A stretch of DNA of 55,218 bases from a virus. Its lineage: Duplodnaviria > Caudoviricetes. Shown here one piece after another: positions 44,155-53,012 of this stretch. A program made the position numbers and the translations under genes. The DNA is taken from IMG/VR virus record IMGVR_UViG_3300023179_000132, positions 1-55,218 of that record; one strand, 5' to 3'. Position 1 is the first letter of the stretch. Every line of letters starts with the position of its first letter. The notes below the pieces were generated by a model, which was not told the DNA's origin, did not search any database, and saw nothing but the letters and a program-made list of their open reading frames with translations.

Positions 44155-46134
44155 ATGAATATTGTTATGACTTCCGACCAGCTTCAAGAAGTGGTCGATG
44201 CCTACTCACAAGTAGATGAATTTGTATTTGACGTAGAAACGTCCGGCCCACACCGTGGAGATCCACGCCAGAATGCCGTTGTATGGATTGCCCTAGCCAC
44301 AGAAGACCGGGTAGATGTTATCCCTATGGGTCACCCAAATGGTGAATATATCCGTACCGATTATCCTTTGCTGCCGTCCGCCAAGCTACGTCAGTCTAAA
44401 GGCCTTGCTCTACGCCCTCAGGACTACAGTAAGGACGAGAAAAAGGCCGTTAAGGTATTCACGGAGGCCCCAGAGCAATTAACGCCTGGAGAGGTATTTA
44501 AGGCTCTTAAACCGCTATTTACAAGCGACAAGGTAAAGGTAGGGCATAACGTAAAGTTTGACCTCCAGAGCATATCTAAGTACATAGGTGGCTTGCCTAG
44601 CCCGGCCTACGGCTGCACCCTAATTGCCTCGTTTATCCTAGATAACCAGAACCGCATAAATGGGCTTGGTCTTGACGACTGCCTAAAGCGTGAGTTTGGA
44701 TACGAGATGGTCAAGGGTGTCGGTAAGGAGATCGAAGCACACAGTTTTGACGAAGTAGCCACCTACGCTGGACTAGACGCTGAATGGACGTGGAAGCTTT
44801 GGAAGAAGTTATCCGCTCGTCTTACTGCAGACCGCATGACCAAATTATTTGCTCTTGAAATGGATGTTCTAGAGGTTATCTGCAGCATGGAGCTACGTGG
44901 CGCAGACATTGATGTTGAAGCCTTACGCGTTCTAAAGAAAGATCTTGAAGACCAACTAGAAGAAACAAAGGCAGAGATATATGTTGCTGCCGGCAAAGCA
45001 TTTAACCTTAACAGTGTGAAAGAGAAGCAGACTATTCTTTTTACTCCTAAGAAAGAGGGAGGCCGGGGACTTCGACCAAAGGTGCTAACAACCAATGGAC
45101 AGAAGAAGTATGACAACGGAGAAGAAACTTTGGTAACTGACTTCTCCGTATCAGAGCAGGCACTTACACATTTTGCCGGTAAAGATGCAGTAGTAGACGG
45201 CCTTATCAAGTACTCAGATCTAAACAAGTTGCTTACCACGTATGTAATTCCATACTTGGGCGGAGACATTACTCGCACATTAGCCGGTAAGAGCAAGGTA
45301 GTTTCTAAGAAAGCACTCTTGCTTGATGGCAGGGTACACACTGACTTTGTACAGTACGGTACAGAAACCGGTCGATTCTCTAGTCGTAATCCAAACCTAC
45401 AGAATGTACCGGCTCCACATACCGCAAACGGTAAAGCTATCCGCAATCTATTTGTAGCTCCTGAGGGACACCAACTAATCGTTGCTGACTACTCTCAGAT
45501 TGAACCACGCATTATTGCATCGTTTTCTAGCGATCGTATTATGTGCGGATCATATCTAGATGGCGGAGATATCTACACAACCGTAGGCGACACTATGGGG
45601 GTAGACCGCAAGGCCGGTAAGGTTCTAGTTCTTGCTATGGCATACGGCGTAGGCCCAGACAAGATTGCTGAGCAGATCGGCTGTACCGTAACAGAGGCAA
45701 AGGATCTGCTAGCTAACTTCTCATCTAAGTTCCAATCGGTGAATCGTTACCGCCGAACTGTTATCACTGAGAGTAGGAATCAAACTCCCATTCCATACGC
45801 AACTACGATCTTGAAGCGTCGCCGTTATCTCCCAGACTTACGGTCTTCTGAGATATGGAAGCGCTCAAGGGCAGAACGCCAAGCATTCAATACGGTTATC
45901 CAAGGATCTGCAGCAGACCTCATCAAAGTTGCAATGGTCCGGGCATACGCTATGATACCTAGTGAAGCAAACTTAATATTGACAGTTCATGATGAACTAG
46001 TAACAGTTGCCCCAGACCATCTGGTTGAAGAGACGGCTGAAGCAATACGTCAGGCCATGGAAGGCATAGACGTATTAAAAGTACCATTATTAGCAGACGT
46101 TAAAACCGTCCAGAGGTGGGGAGAAGCAAAATGA
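44155..46134 (+). CDS. polA: family A DNA polymerase (3'-5' exonuclease + polymerase)
   Basis: Exo motifs FDVET, GHNVKFD, YAGLDA; TGRFSSRNPNLQN, ADYSQIEPR, AERQAFNT.IQGSAAD..K, TVHDE. Confidence 0.96.
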   Translation: MNIVMTSDQLQEVVDAYSQVDEFVFDVETSGPHRGDPRQNAVVWIALATEDRVDVIPMGHPNGEYIRTDYPLLPSAKLRQSKGLALRPQDYSKDEKKAVKVFTEAPEQLTPGEVFKALKPLFTSDKVKVGHNVKFDLQSISKYIGGLPSPAYGCTLIASFILDNQNRINGLGLDDCLKREFGYEMVKGVGKEIEAHSFDEVATYAGLDAEWTWKLWKKLSARLTADRMTKLFALEMDVLEVICSMELRGADIDVEALRVLKKDLEDQLEETKAEIYVAAGKAFNLNSVKEKQTILFTPKKEGGRGLRPKVLTTNGQKKYDNGEETLVTDFSVSEQALTHFAGKDAVVDGLIKYSDLNKLLTTYVIPYLGGDITRTLAGKSKVVSKKALLLDGRVHTDFVQYGTETGRFSSRNPNLQNVPAPHTANGKAIRNLFVAPEGHQLIVADYSQIEPRIIASFSSDRIMCGSYLDGGDIYTTVGDTMGVDRKAGKVLVLAMAYGVGPDKIAEQIGCTVTEAKDLLANFSSKFQSVNRYRRTVITESRNQTPIPYATTILKRRRYLPDLRSSEIWKRSRAERQAFNTVIQGSAADLIKVAMVRAYAMIPSEANLILTVHDELVTVAPDHLVEETAEAIRQAMEGIDVLKVPLLADVKTVQRWGEAK

Positions 46135-46553
46135 GGCTTTTTCGTAAAAAGAAAAATAAAGAAGTAACTATAAAGACCATATCGCCAGGCGTACAGATTC
46201 GTAAGATCATTTACGATTCTGGCGTTAAGCATCCAGAACTAATTGCAGAAATGCTAGGGCTTACGCCTCTATCTATGGATGTAGCAGAAATGGAAGAGTC
46301 AGCAAGCGAGGAACGCTTAGCAAAGTTAGCACCAATCCTTCCTGTAATTGAAATGCACTCTATGATCTCAGCACAGATAAGTGCTATGACCTACTTTGCA
46401 TCAGCAATGGAAGAGGGAGAAGGAACTCCAGATGAAGAAGTGTTTGATGCAATGACTACGTTATTCAAACACGTATCATTCTCAGCTGCGGTATCTTGCA
46501 TGGCTGCTCTGGTAGACTTAAACTTAATTAAAGAAGGATACAAAAATGAGTAA
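46131..46553 (+). CDS. hypothetical protein
   Basis: ATGA overlap with the polA stop. Confidence 0.75.
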   Translation: MRLFRKKKNKEVTIKTISPGVQIRKIIYDSGVKHPELIAEMLGLTPLSMDVAEMEESASEERLAKLAPILPVIEMHSMISAQISAMTYFASAMEEGEGTPDEEVFDAMTTLFKHVSFSAAVSCMAALVDLNLIKEGYKNE

Positions 46554-46941
46554 TGATTGGTGGAGCAAGAAACTAGGAGACGCAGTACCGGCTCCGGTGT
46601 CTCGTCCTAGCGCACCTACCGGACCTATACCAAATGTCCGATACGTACCTGAGGGTGAAGTAACTAGTACCCCTGTTCAATATGATGCAAATCAAGATCA
46701 GCTTGTAACAAAAGCACAGAGTGCTCGTATGAATGATGCGTGCCCAGGATGCTACTCAGGTAACTACTTTGCACCGCAAGGTACGCAGCTAAAGCGCTGC
46801 TATGACTGTGGGTATCCTTTGCAGCAATCAGGTAGTGGTGCTGGTATGCCATCAGGTTCTGCAGGCCCATCTACTCCTGCCAAGCAAGTATCTACCGCAA
46901 ATAACTTCAACCCCTCAGTAATCGTAGACAGGATCGGATAA
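46546..46941 (+). CDS. zinc-ribbon hypothetical protein
   Basis: CPGC.SGNY...RCYDCGYP. Confidence 0.75.
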   Translation: MSNDWWSKKLGDAVPAPVSRPSAPTGPIPNVRYVPEGEVTSTPVQYDANQDQLVTKAQSARMNDACPGCYSGNYFAPQGTQLKRCYDCGYPLQQSGSGAGMPSGSAGPSTPAKQVSTANNFNPSVIVDRIG

Positions 46942-47996
46942 TGATGACTTTAAATGCAGAGGTAACAAAGATTGCTATGTTGCTTAACAAGAAGATGGGA
47001 CCTGGCACAGTAATTAGGGCCAGCGAAGCTCAGCTTCCTACACGCATCACTACCGGCTCTCTAACCTTAGATGTTGTTCTCGGTGGAGGCTGGCCTGTAA
47101 ATCAGTGGACTGAAATTATCGGAGAAGCCTCAAATGGTAAGACTGCTTTAGCACTAAAAACTGTTGCAGCCAACCAAGCTAAAGACCCAGAGTTTACAAC
47201 TGTGTGGATTGCAGCAGAGCCTTTTGACGTAGGCTACGCACAAATGTGTGGCATTGACACAGACCGTGTCTTTGTCGTTTCAACTAATATTATGGAGGAA
47301 GCATATGAAGCTGCGATTCAGTTCTGTGAATCTAAAGCTGTTGATCTTATTGTTATTGATTCTCTGCCTGCTCTAGTACCTAGTACAGAAGACGAGAAGA
47401 CTATGGATGAGGCTACCGTTGGTCGCGGAGCTTTACTTACTAACAAGTTCTTCCGCAAAGTCTCAAAGGCTACTAAGCGTTCTCTCATAGATAACGAACG
47501 TGGCATTACCTGCTTACTCATTAATCAGTTCCGTATGAAAATTGGAGTAATGCACGGAGATCCTCGTACTACGCCCGGAGGCCTAGGCAAAGATTACGCT
47601 ATGGCAATTCGCGTAGAAGTTAAGCGCGACGAGTGGTTAGAAGTAGGCGTAGGCGAAGGTAAGCGCCGATGCGGTCAAACAATTCGTGTACGTACTATTA
47701 AGAATAAGACTTTCCCACCACAGCAGACTGCATACCTAGATTTCTGGTTTGCTGATGGAGGTCCATTAAACGCCGGATCCTATGACACTGCAAAAGAGAT
47801 TATCTCTCTATCTATTATCAATGGAATTGTAGAACGTCGTGGTGGCTGGCTATACTATGGAGATAGGAAGTGGCAGGGAGCTGCTAATTTCCTTGAGTCA
47901 ATTCGTGAAGAGATTGACTTGAAAGAACAATTATCTAAAGAGGTTATGGACACTCTACGGACATCACCATTACTAAACATAGAAGACGAGGAATAA
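46941..47996 (+). CDS. recA: RecA-like recombinase
   Basis: TGSL.LD.VLGGG.P, EI.GE.SNGKT, LIVIDS..ALVP, INQ.R.KIGVM.GDP.TTPGG, KNKTFPP. Confidence 0.95.
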   Translation: MMTLNAEVTKIAMLLNKKMGPGTVIRASEAQLPTRITTGSLTLDVVLGGGWPVNQWTEIIGEASNGKTALALKTVAANQAKDPEFTTVWIAAEPFDVGYAQMCGIDTDRVFVVSTNIMEEAYEAAIQFCESKAVDLIVIDSLPALVPSTEDEKTMDEATVGRGALLTNKFFRKVSKATKRSLIDNERGITCLLINQFRMKIGVMHGDPRTTPGGLGKDYAMAIRVEVKRDEWLEVGVGEGKRRCGQTIRVRTIKNKTFPPQQTAYLDFWFADGGPLNAGSYDTAKEIISLSIINGIVERRGGWLYYGDRKWQGAANFLESIREEIDLKEQLSKEVMDTLRTSPLLNIEDEE

Positions 47997-47997
47997 C

Positions 47998-48414
47998 ATG
48001 AAACTATCACGTATCACAGGCAAACAAGCGTTCTCTCATATGAACATTTGGCGCCTAAATGAAAAGAACGGATTCCTAGGTTACTGTCACCGTACCTGTC
48101 AGAATGCCTGGGGATTGCCGGCTAGGTACGCATCAGCAATCGATGCTTGGAATCATATCCCAAAGCAGTACCGCAATACCGATCCTACTAAAGCTCCTAT
48201 TGGAGCACCACACTTCTGGGAAGGTGGAGAATACGGTCACGTAGCCCTTCAGTCAGATAAGAAGGGCTATGTAATTGGAACTGATGCTCCACGCCCTAAC
48301 TACATTGGCATTGAGCGTATTGATTTCTTTAGCAAGCACTGGGGAAAGAAGTATCTAGGATGGTCAACTGTGTACAACGATACTCATTTGCAGCTAAAGG
48401 ATATGCCTAAGTAA
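47998..48414 (+). CDS. CHAP/NlpC-like cysteine amidase (stand-alone peptidoglycan hydrolase domain)
   Basis: GYC...C..AW....Y.SAIDAW...P.GA..FW.GG.YGHVAL...I.TD...W...YLGW. Confidence 0.75.
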   Translation: MKLSRITGKQAFSHMNIWRLNEKNGFLGYCHRTCQNAWGLPARYASAIDAWNHIPKQYRNTDPTKAPIGAPHFWEGGEYGHVALQSDKKGYVIGTDAPRPNYIGIERIDFFSKHWGKKYLGWSTVYNDTHLQLKDMPK

Positions 48415-48797
48415 TGAAATCAGAAGGTCAGAAGCAATCTTTAAAGCATGAAAAGCGTTTAGAGAAAGCCCTCGGAGGACAGCGTTCCGCTGCCTCCGGG
48501 GCCTTCTGGTCTCGTAAGGGTGATGTTAGGACTCCAGACTTGTTAATCGAACACAAGTGGACGGGCAAAAAATCATTCACACTTAAGTCAGATGTACTAG
48601 AAAAGATAATCATGGAGGCCATACTTGACAGTCGTACTCCAGTCTTAGGTATACATCTAAACGGGAAAAACTACGTGCTCTTGGAGGAACACGATTTCGC
48701 AGAACTCCGAAACTATAGAATAGAGCATGAATGTACGACGACAATGAAGACGACGTCCCCTGGGCTTGGCGATACAAAGCTAAGTGTAGAGGAGTAG
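48414..48797 (+). CDS. Holliday junction resolvase-like PD-(D/E)xK nuclease
   Basis: E.RL...LGG.R..ASGA....KGDV....LLIEHK.T. Confidence 0.8.
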   Translation: MKSEGQKQSLKHEKRLEKALGGQRSAASGAFWSRKGDVRTPDLLIEHKWTGKKSFTLKSDVLEKIIMEAILDSRTPVLGIHLNGKNYVLLEEHDFAELRNYRIEHECTTTMKTTSPGLGDTKLSVEE

Positions 48798-49099
48798 ACA
48801 CCGAGATCTTCTTCCCTCCAAGGGATAAAGAGCTCTACACGGACATAGCCGATAAAGCCAAAGCTATATGCCTTGGCTTAGACGATCAACCGGCTTGCCC
48901 AGTTAGAAAAGAATGTTTGATCGAAGCTATAAAAAACGACGAACTTCATGGCATTTGGGGTGGCTTGTCACACCGTGAAAGAAATGCTATGGTTCGTAAA
49001 TATACAAATGCCGGAATGACACTAGAAGATTGGTTGGATCGCCCTAATGCCCTCAAAACCCCAAAAAATAGCAAGCAAAAACCTAAAAGCTTTTCTTGA
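48731..49099 (+). CDS. whiB: WhiB-family transcription factor (second copy)
   Basis: W...A.C.G.D.E.FFP...AK.IC-x8-CPVR.EC...A......GIWGG.S..ER. Confidence 0.88.
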   Translation: MYDDNEDDVPWAWRYKAKCRGVDTEIFFPPRDKELYTDIADKAKAICLGLDDQPACPVRKECLIEAIKNDELHGIWGGLSHRERNAMVRKYTNAGMTLEDWLDRPNALKTPKNSKQKPKSFS

Positions 49100-49910
49100 T
49101 GCTAATAAGCGTGTATCAAGGATTACAGGTCCGCTAGAACGCTACATACTTGCACGTGAGCCAGAGTTCCGTGACCAGAGTTATTTACATCCTAGCGACC
49201 TTATTAAATCTGAATGGTGTGCCCTGCACGCTTATCATCAATTAACTGGGAACTATGTAGCAACGCAAGATAAGCCAACTCTACGTACCCAGTCGATCTT
49301 TGATGAAGGCCATGCTATCCATCACAAGTGGCAGACTTGGATTAAACAGATGGGTAATCTATATGGCTTGTGGTCGCTACGAGACGGCACCACTGAATGG
49401 GGAACTAGTCTAGACGGCGATTACCGGGAAGTCCCGCTGCAGAGTAAAAAGCACAAAATTAAAGGGCACTCTGACGGCTGGGTAAAAGGATTAGGTAATG
49501 ATTTTCTCATTGAGATTAAATCAATGGGCGCTGGCACCATACGCATGGAGGCTCCAAGCATCCTAATAGGTGCTAACGGTGACCTAGAAGCTGCTTGGAG
49601 GGCAATCAAACAGCCTTTTAGGTCACATATGCTTCAAGGCCAGGTATATCTACACCTGTGTCATTTAATGGTAGAAGAGGGCCTGATAGAGTCAGCCCCA
49701 GAGTCTATAGTGTTCATATATGAACTCAAAGCTAATCAAGATTACAAAGAGTTTGAGGTTATGTACGACCCTGAGTATGTAGCCGATATCTTTGAAAATG
49801 CTCTAGACGTAGCCTGGGCAGTTGACAACAAGCGCCCACCTGCGTGTAATATTGATCCAGTTAACGGTTGCAAGCGTTGCGCCACATTTAGGGAGGACAC
49901 AAATGAGTAA
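49047..49910 (+). CDS. Cas4-like PD-(D/E)xK exonuclease
   Basis: HPS....WC, G..IH, I.GH.DG, EIKS, Q.Q.Y and C-terminal C-x7-C-x2-C (Fe-S type). Confidence 0.85.
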   Translation: MPSKPQKIASKNLKAFLDANKRVSRITGPLERYILAREPEFRDQSYLHPSDLIKSEWCALHAYHQLTGNYVATQDKPTLRTQSIFDEGHAIHHKWQTWIKQMGNLYGLWSLRDGTTEWGTSLDGDYREVPLQSKKHKIKGHSDGWVKGLGNDFLIEIKSMGAGTIRMEAPSILIGANGDLEAAWRAIKQPFRSHMLQGQVYLHLCHLMVEEGLIESAPESIVFIYELKANQDYKEFEVMYDPEYVADIFENALDVAWAVDNKRPPACNIDPVNGCKRCATFREDTNE

Positions 49911-50382
49911 TAGTGCTTACGCATTAAATTCGCTAAGTAAAAAAGGTTTTCAAATTCCAAGCAAGCCTACATATGAAGTACCTGCATTGCCCGTAGATAT
50001 CACAGAGCTTCACGATGAAGATCTTATGGAGCTGTTTGTTACCCTAACTAGTTGGACTGACTACGTAGCTCCACAAGTTGCTGTCGCAGCAATTGATGAG
50101 CGTGAGGCTGAGCGTTATGTATCTGTGCTAGAAGCTACAGCTATGGTAAACAACTGGAAGGGCGGTAGTGGTGACCGTGTAACAATCGCTAAGGCTAACA
50201 TCCTTCTAGACCCAAAGGTTGTAGAAGCTAAACAAGAACTAGACGAAAAACATGCTTACCGCAAACTAGTTGAGGTATTGCTACAGAATCTAGAGCGTGA
50301 CTCAGCATTAGTTTCTCGTGAATTAACTCGCCGCACCTCAGCTAGTGCTGTAAAGACTCGATCAGGAAAGTATTCGTTCTAA
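49903..50382 (+). CDS. helical protein, possibly a UvsY-like recombination mediator
   Basis: GGAGG RBS and ATG at 49903; coiled-coil character. The function is a guess from context. Confidence 0.6.
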   Translation: MSNSAYALNSLSKKGFQIPSKPTYEVPALPVDITELHDEDLMELFVTLTSWTDYVAPQVAVAAIDEREAERYVSVLEATAMVNNWKGGSGDRVTIAKANILLDPKVVEAKQELDEKHAYRKLVEVLLQNLERDSALVSRELTRRTSASAVKTRSGKYSF

Positions 50383-50831
50383 TGAGTAAAACGTCAGCTA
50401 ACTCATCTAATATAAAAATATCAAAGTTAAATCATGACTCTAATATTTGGAAAGGTACGAGTCGAAAGGACCATTTTACCGTGGAAATACCCGCACCTAT
50501 TATTAATAAAACAACTATAACTAAAGAACAAATAATAGAAATTGCATCTTTATTAGATAACATACTTCAAGATGCTTTAGTAATTTGTGAAGAAGACTGT
50601 TGTAAAGATCAACTTACTAAGACCGATATCAATGCAATTTCTCGTTCAATTGTAGAGGTTATAACTAAAGACCTTTTACTACCAAAGTTTGATGTTCTTG
50701 AATATCAAAAACAAATACGAGATCTACAGAAAAAATTAGCTGTTGCTGAGAGTACAAAAGACATACATAACTACACCAAACATAATACGTATAGCAGCTC
50801 TTCGTGGAATGAGAAAAAGGATCTACGATGA
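50382..50831 (+). CDS. hypothetical protein (AT-rich)
   Basis: Coupled at both ends. Confidence 0.6.
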   Translation: MSKTSANSSNIKISKLNHDSNIWKGTSRKDHFTVEIPAPIINKTTITKEQIIEIASLLDNILQDALVICEEDCCKDQLTKTDINAISRSIVEVITKDLLLPKFDVLEYQKQIRDLQKKLAVAESTKDIHNYTKHNTYSSSSWNEKKDLR

Positions 50832-51358
50832 TAATAGGTCTATCAGGATACGCACAAAGCGGCAAAGATGAAATAGCAAAGATTCTTTTGGATCAAGGAT
50901 TTGAGAGGGCTGCGTTTGCAGATACATTGCGTGAAGCATTACTAGCTTTAAATCCTATGGCTGGATACGGAGTATTTCTTAATGACGTAGTAGCTATGCT
51001 TGGTTGGGAAGACGCTAAGCGCAACTACCCAGAAGTACGTCGTTTATTGCAACGCATGGGCACAGAAGCCGGTCGTGAAATATTTGGTGCACAGATCTGG
51101 GTCAATAAAACTCTAGGCAAACTAGACCCTACAAAAAACTACATCATAACTGACGTACGGTTCCAAAATGAGGCTGACGCTATTCGTGACCTTGGTGGTC
51201 AAATGTGGCGTGTAACTCGTCCCGGCCATGGTCCTGTCAATAGTCACTCATCTGAGGTAGCCTTGGATAACTACGTGTTTGATTACGTAGTAGAAAACAA
51301 GGGGGACTTACAAGAGCTTAAGGCATTAGTACTTGCTTTAGTAAAGGTAAGGGCATGA
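50828..51358 (+). CDS. deoxynucleoside monophosphate kinase
   Basis: IIGLSGYAQSGKD, AFAD.LR, R.LLQ..GTE.GR, ITDVRF.NE, HSSE. Confidence 0.93.
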   Translation: MIIGLSGYAQSGKDEIAKILLDQGFERAAFADTLREALLALNPMAGYGVFLNDVVAMLGWEDAKRNYPEVRRLLQRMGTEAGREIFGAQIWVNKTLGKLDPTKNYIITDVRFQNEADAIRDLGGQMWRVTRPGHGPVNSHSSEVALDNYVFDYVVENKGDLQELKALVLALVKVRA

Positions 51359-51903
51359 GCACTAAATCATTTGGAGATAAGGCAATCCTTAAGGGCCAGG
51401 TCTATATTGGCATAGACCAGTCCTATACTGGGTTTGGCATTACTGCAATTGATAAGAAAGGCAACTATTACACCGAAGTCTATAAAGCAGAAGGCTCCGG
51501 TATTCAAAAGCTATGTAACATCCGTAACTATGTTGAAGATTTCTTATCAGAACATGATGTAGCAGGGATTGCCATGGAGGGATACGCATTTGGCAGGGAG
51601 TTTGGAGTAGCTCTTTCAGGAGAACTTGGAGGCATGGTCAAACTCTTATTATTTGATTTATACCCAGGAAATGATGCCGCCAGGTTCCCATTGATCGTGC
51701 AGCCAACCAGCTTAAAGAAATATATAACCGGCAGGGGAACTAAGGTCAATAAGAATCAAATACTTCTAACTGTGTATAAGAAATGGGGAGTAGAGTTCAA
51801 TGATGACAATGCCGCAGATTCCTACGGATTAGCACGAATTGCAAGGAATAAGCACGATTTTGACTACGAAAAAGAAGTTTACGATAAGTTAACAACCAAA
51901 TAA
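51355..51903 (+). CDS. ruvC: RuvC-like Holliday junction resolvase
   Basis: IGID.S.TG.G, AMEGYAF, ELGG..K, P..LKK..TG.G...K, DDN.AD...LA. Confidence 0.88.
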   Translation: MSTKSFGDKAILKGQVYIGIDQSYTGFGITAIDKKGNYYTEVYKAEGSGIQKLCNIRNYVEDFLSEHDVAGIAMEGYAFGREFGVALSGELGGMVKLLLFDLYPGNDAARFPLIVQPTSLKKYITGRGTKVNKNQILLTVYKKWGVEFNDDNAADSYGLARIARNKHDFDYEKEVYDKLTTK

Positions 51904-51958
51904 TGGTAGTGTTTTCTTAGAGGGCGCTCAACAATCGGAAAACTAAGGAATAAAAATC

Positions 51959-52246
51959 GTGAGCGAAACACAAGAAAAGCAAGAAGAAAACTACTTACGG
52001 GTAAGTGGTGGATCAAGTGCACAACAAGTTGGTTCAGCTATTGCCCACGCCCTATATGAAAGCCCAGTAGTAAAACTACGTGCGGTAGGCGCTTCGGCCG
52101 TAAATCAGGCTGTAAAAGCTATCGCAATTGCACGAGGATATGTAGCCCCTAGAGGACTAGATTTGATCTGCAAACCAGGTTTTACATCTATTGAGTCCAG
52201 AGAAGGCACCATTTCAGCAATTGTATTTACTATTACTGCAAGTTAA
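51959..52246 (+). CDS. spoVS: SpoVS-family nucleic-acid-binding protein
   Basis: LRVS..S....V..AIA......V.LRAVGA.AVNQAVKAIAIARGYVAP.G.DLICKPGF..I. Confidence 0.92.
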   Translation: MSETQEKQEENYLRVSGGSSAQQVGSAIAHALYESPVVKLRAVGASAVNQAVKAIAIARGYVAPRGLDLICKPGFTSIESREGTISAIVFTITAS

Positions 52247-52277
52247 TGCTGATAAATTAAGCCGTAAAGCTTACGGT
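52242..52277 (+). promoter_or_regulatory. candidate late-type promoter
   Basis: GTTAA-TGCT-GATA-N17-TACGGT. Confidence 0.5.
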
Positions 52278-52310
52278 TTACATATAACTCTATTCTAGAA
52301 TGAGGTAGAA

Positions 52311-52697
52311 ATGGCTAATTCGTCAAGCGACGTAGATGCAGCATTGGCCGGTATGGCCAAGACAGGTGCGCCTCGCGTACCAATGGGTACCACAGCAGTT
52401 GACTCTGCGTCATACCCATCAGCAACTGACACTGGTTCAGCAACTTTGGTTCCTAAAGGTAACTCAAAGTCTGTAGACCCAGCAGCAGGTGGTAAAGCAA
52501 ATCGTTCAAACGTGCTTTCACCAGCAGTCGGTAGAGGCCCTGAGCGTAACGGTGCTCGTTATTCAGTTTCAGTGAATACCGTAATCCCAACCGCTCCTGA
52601 AGCTTCATCTACACAGGCAAGTGGTCGTATCATCGCACCTTCGACTAATCGTAGTCGCAGCGTATTTGACGATGGTATGGGTTCGTCCTACAATTAA
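52311..52697 (+). CDS. hypothetical low-complexity (A/S/T/P/G) protein
   Basis: GAGGT RBS, capsid-like codon bias, own promoter motif and terminator. Confidence 0.75.
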   Translation: MANSSSDVDAALAGMAKTGAPRVPMGTTAVDSASYPSATDTGSATLVPKGNSKSVDPAAGGKANRSNVLSPAVGRGPERNGARYSVSVNTVIPTAPEASSTQASGRIIAPSTNRSRSVFDDGMGSSYN

Positions 52698-52721
52698 ATA
52701 ATAACTTAATACTTATAAGTG

Positions 52722-52743
52722 GGTGGCCCTCCGGGGCCACCTT
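52722..52743 (+). terminator. hairpin/terminator
   Basis: GGTGGCCC-TCCG-GGGCCACC with a UNCG loop; short U tail. Confidence 0.65.
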
Positions 52744-52772
52744 AAAATCGGGATAACAATTGGAGTATATGC

Positions 52773-53012
52773 ATGTTGGCTGAGGCCTTAAAAGAATATA
52801 AACATACTCGCGCTACACAAGTTAAGTTGTGTATTGTAGGCGGGTGGTCTTCTAAATTGTCTGAGGAAGATCAAGCAAGTTTTAAAGAAGCGTTAGAAGA
52901 TTATTCAATATCTGCCCGCTCATTATTAAATATCCTAAGCAATGTTGGTGCATCGTTTAGCCTAGAGGCTCTTCGTAAACACCGTAATCAGGAGTGCCCA
53001 TGCCAAGCTTAG
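52773..53012 (+). CDS. small helical hypothetical protein
   Basis: GGAG RBS; C-terminal HR..ECPC; overlaps the phosphoesterase gene. Confidence 0.7.
   Translation: MLAEALKEYKHTRATQVKLCIVGGWSSKLSEEDQASFKEALEDYSISARSLLNILSNVGASFSLEALRKHRNQECPCQA

Noticed and set aside
44326-44480. Insertion in the PolA exonuclease domain as a possible intein
   Set aside because: Only about 50 aa and lacks intein terminal residues (C/S...HN).
44763-45446. 227-aa minus-strand ORF
   Set aside because: Lies wholly antisense to polA, with no recognisable motifs; a shadow of codon bias.
49047-49910. Cas4-like gene as evidence of CRISPR-Cas
   Set aside because: No array or other cas genes; solo Cas4-like nucleases are common in phage recombination modules.
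465-51749. Other minus-strand and nested alternate-frame ORFs in the track
   Set aside because: All overlap well-supported + strand genes and have no protein-family features.
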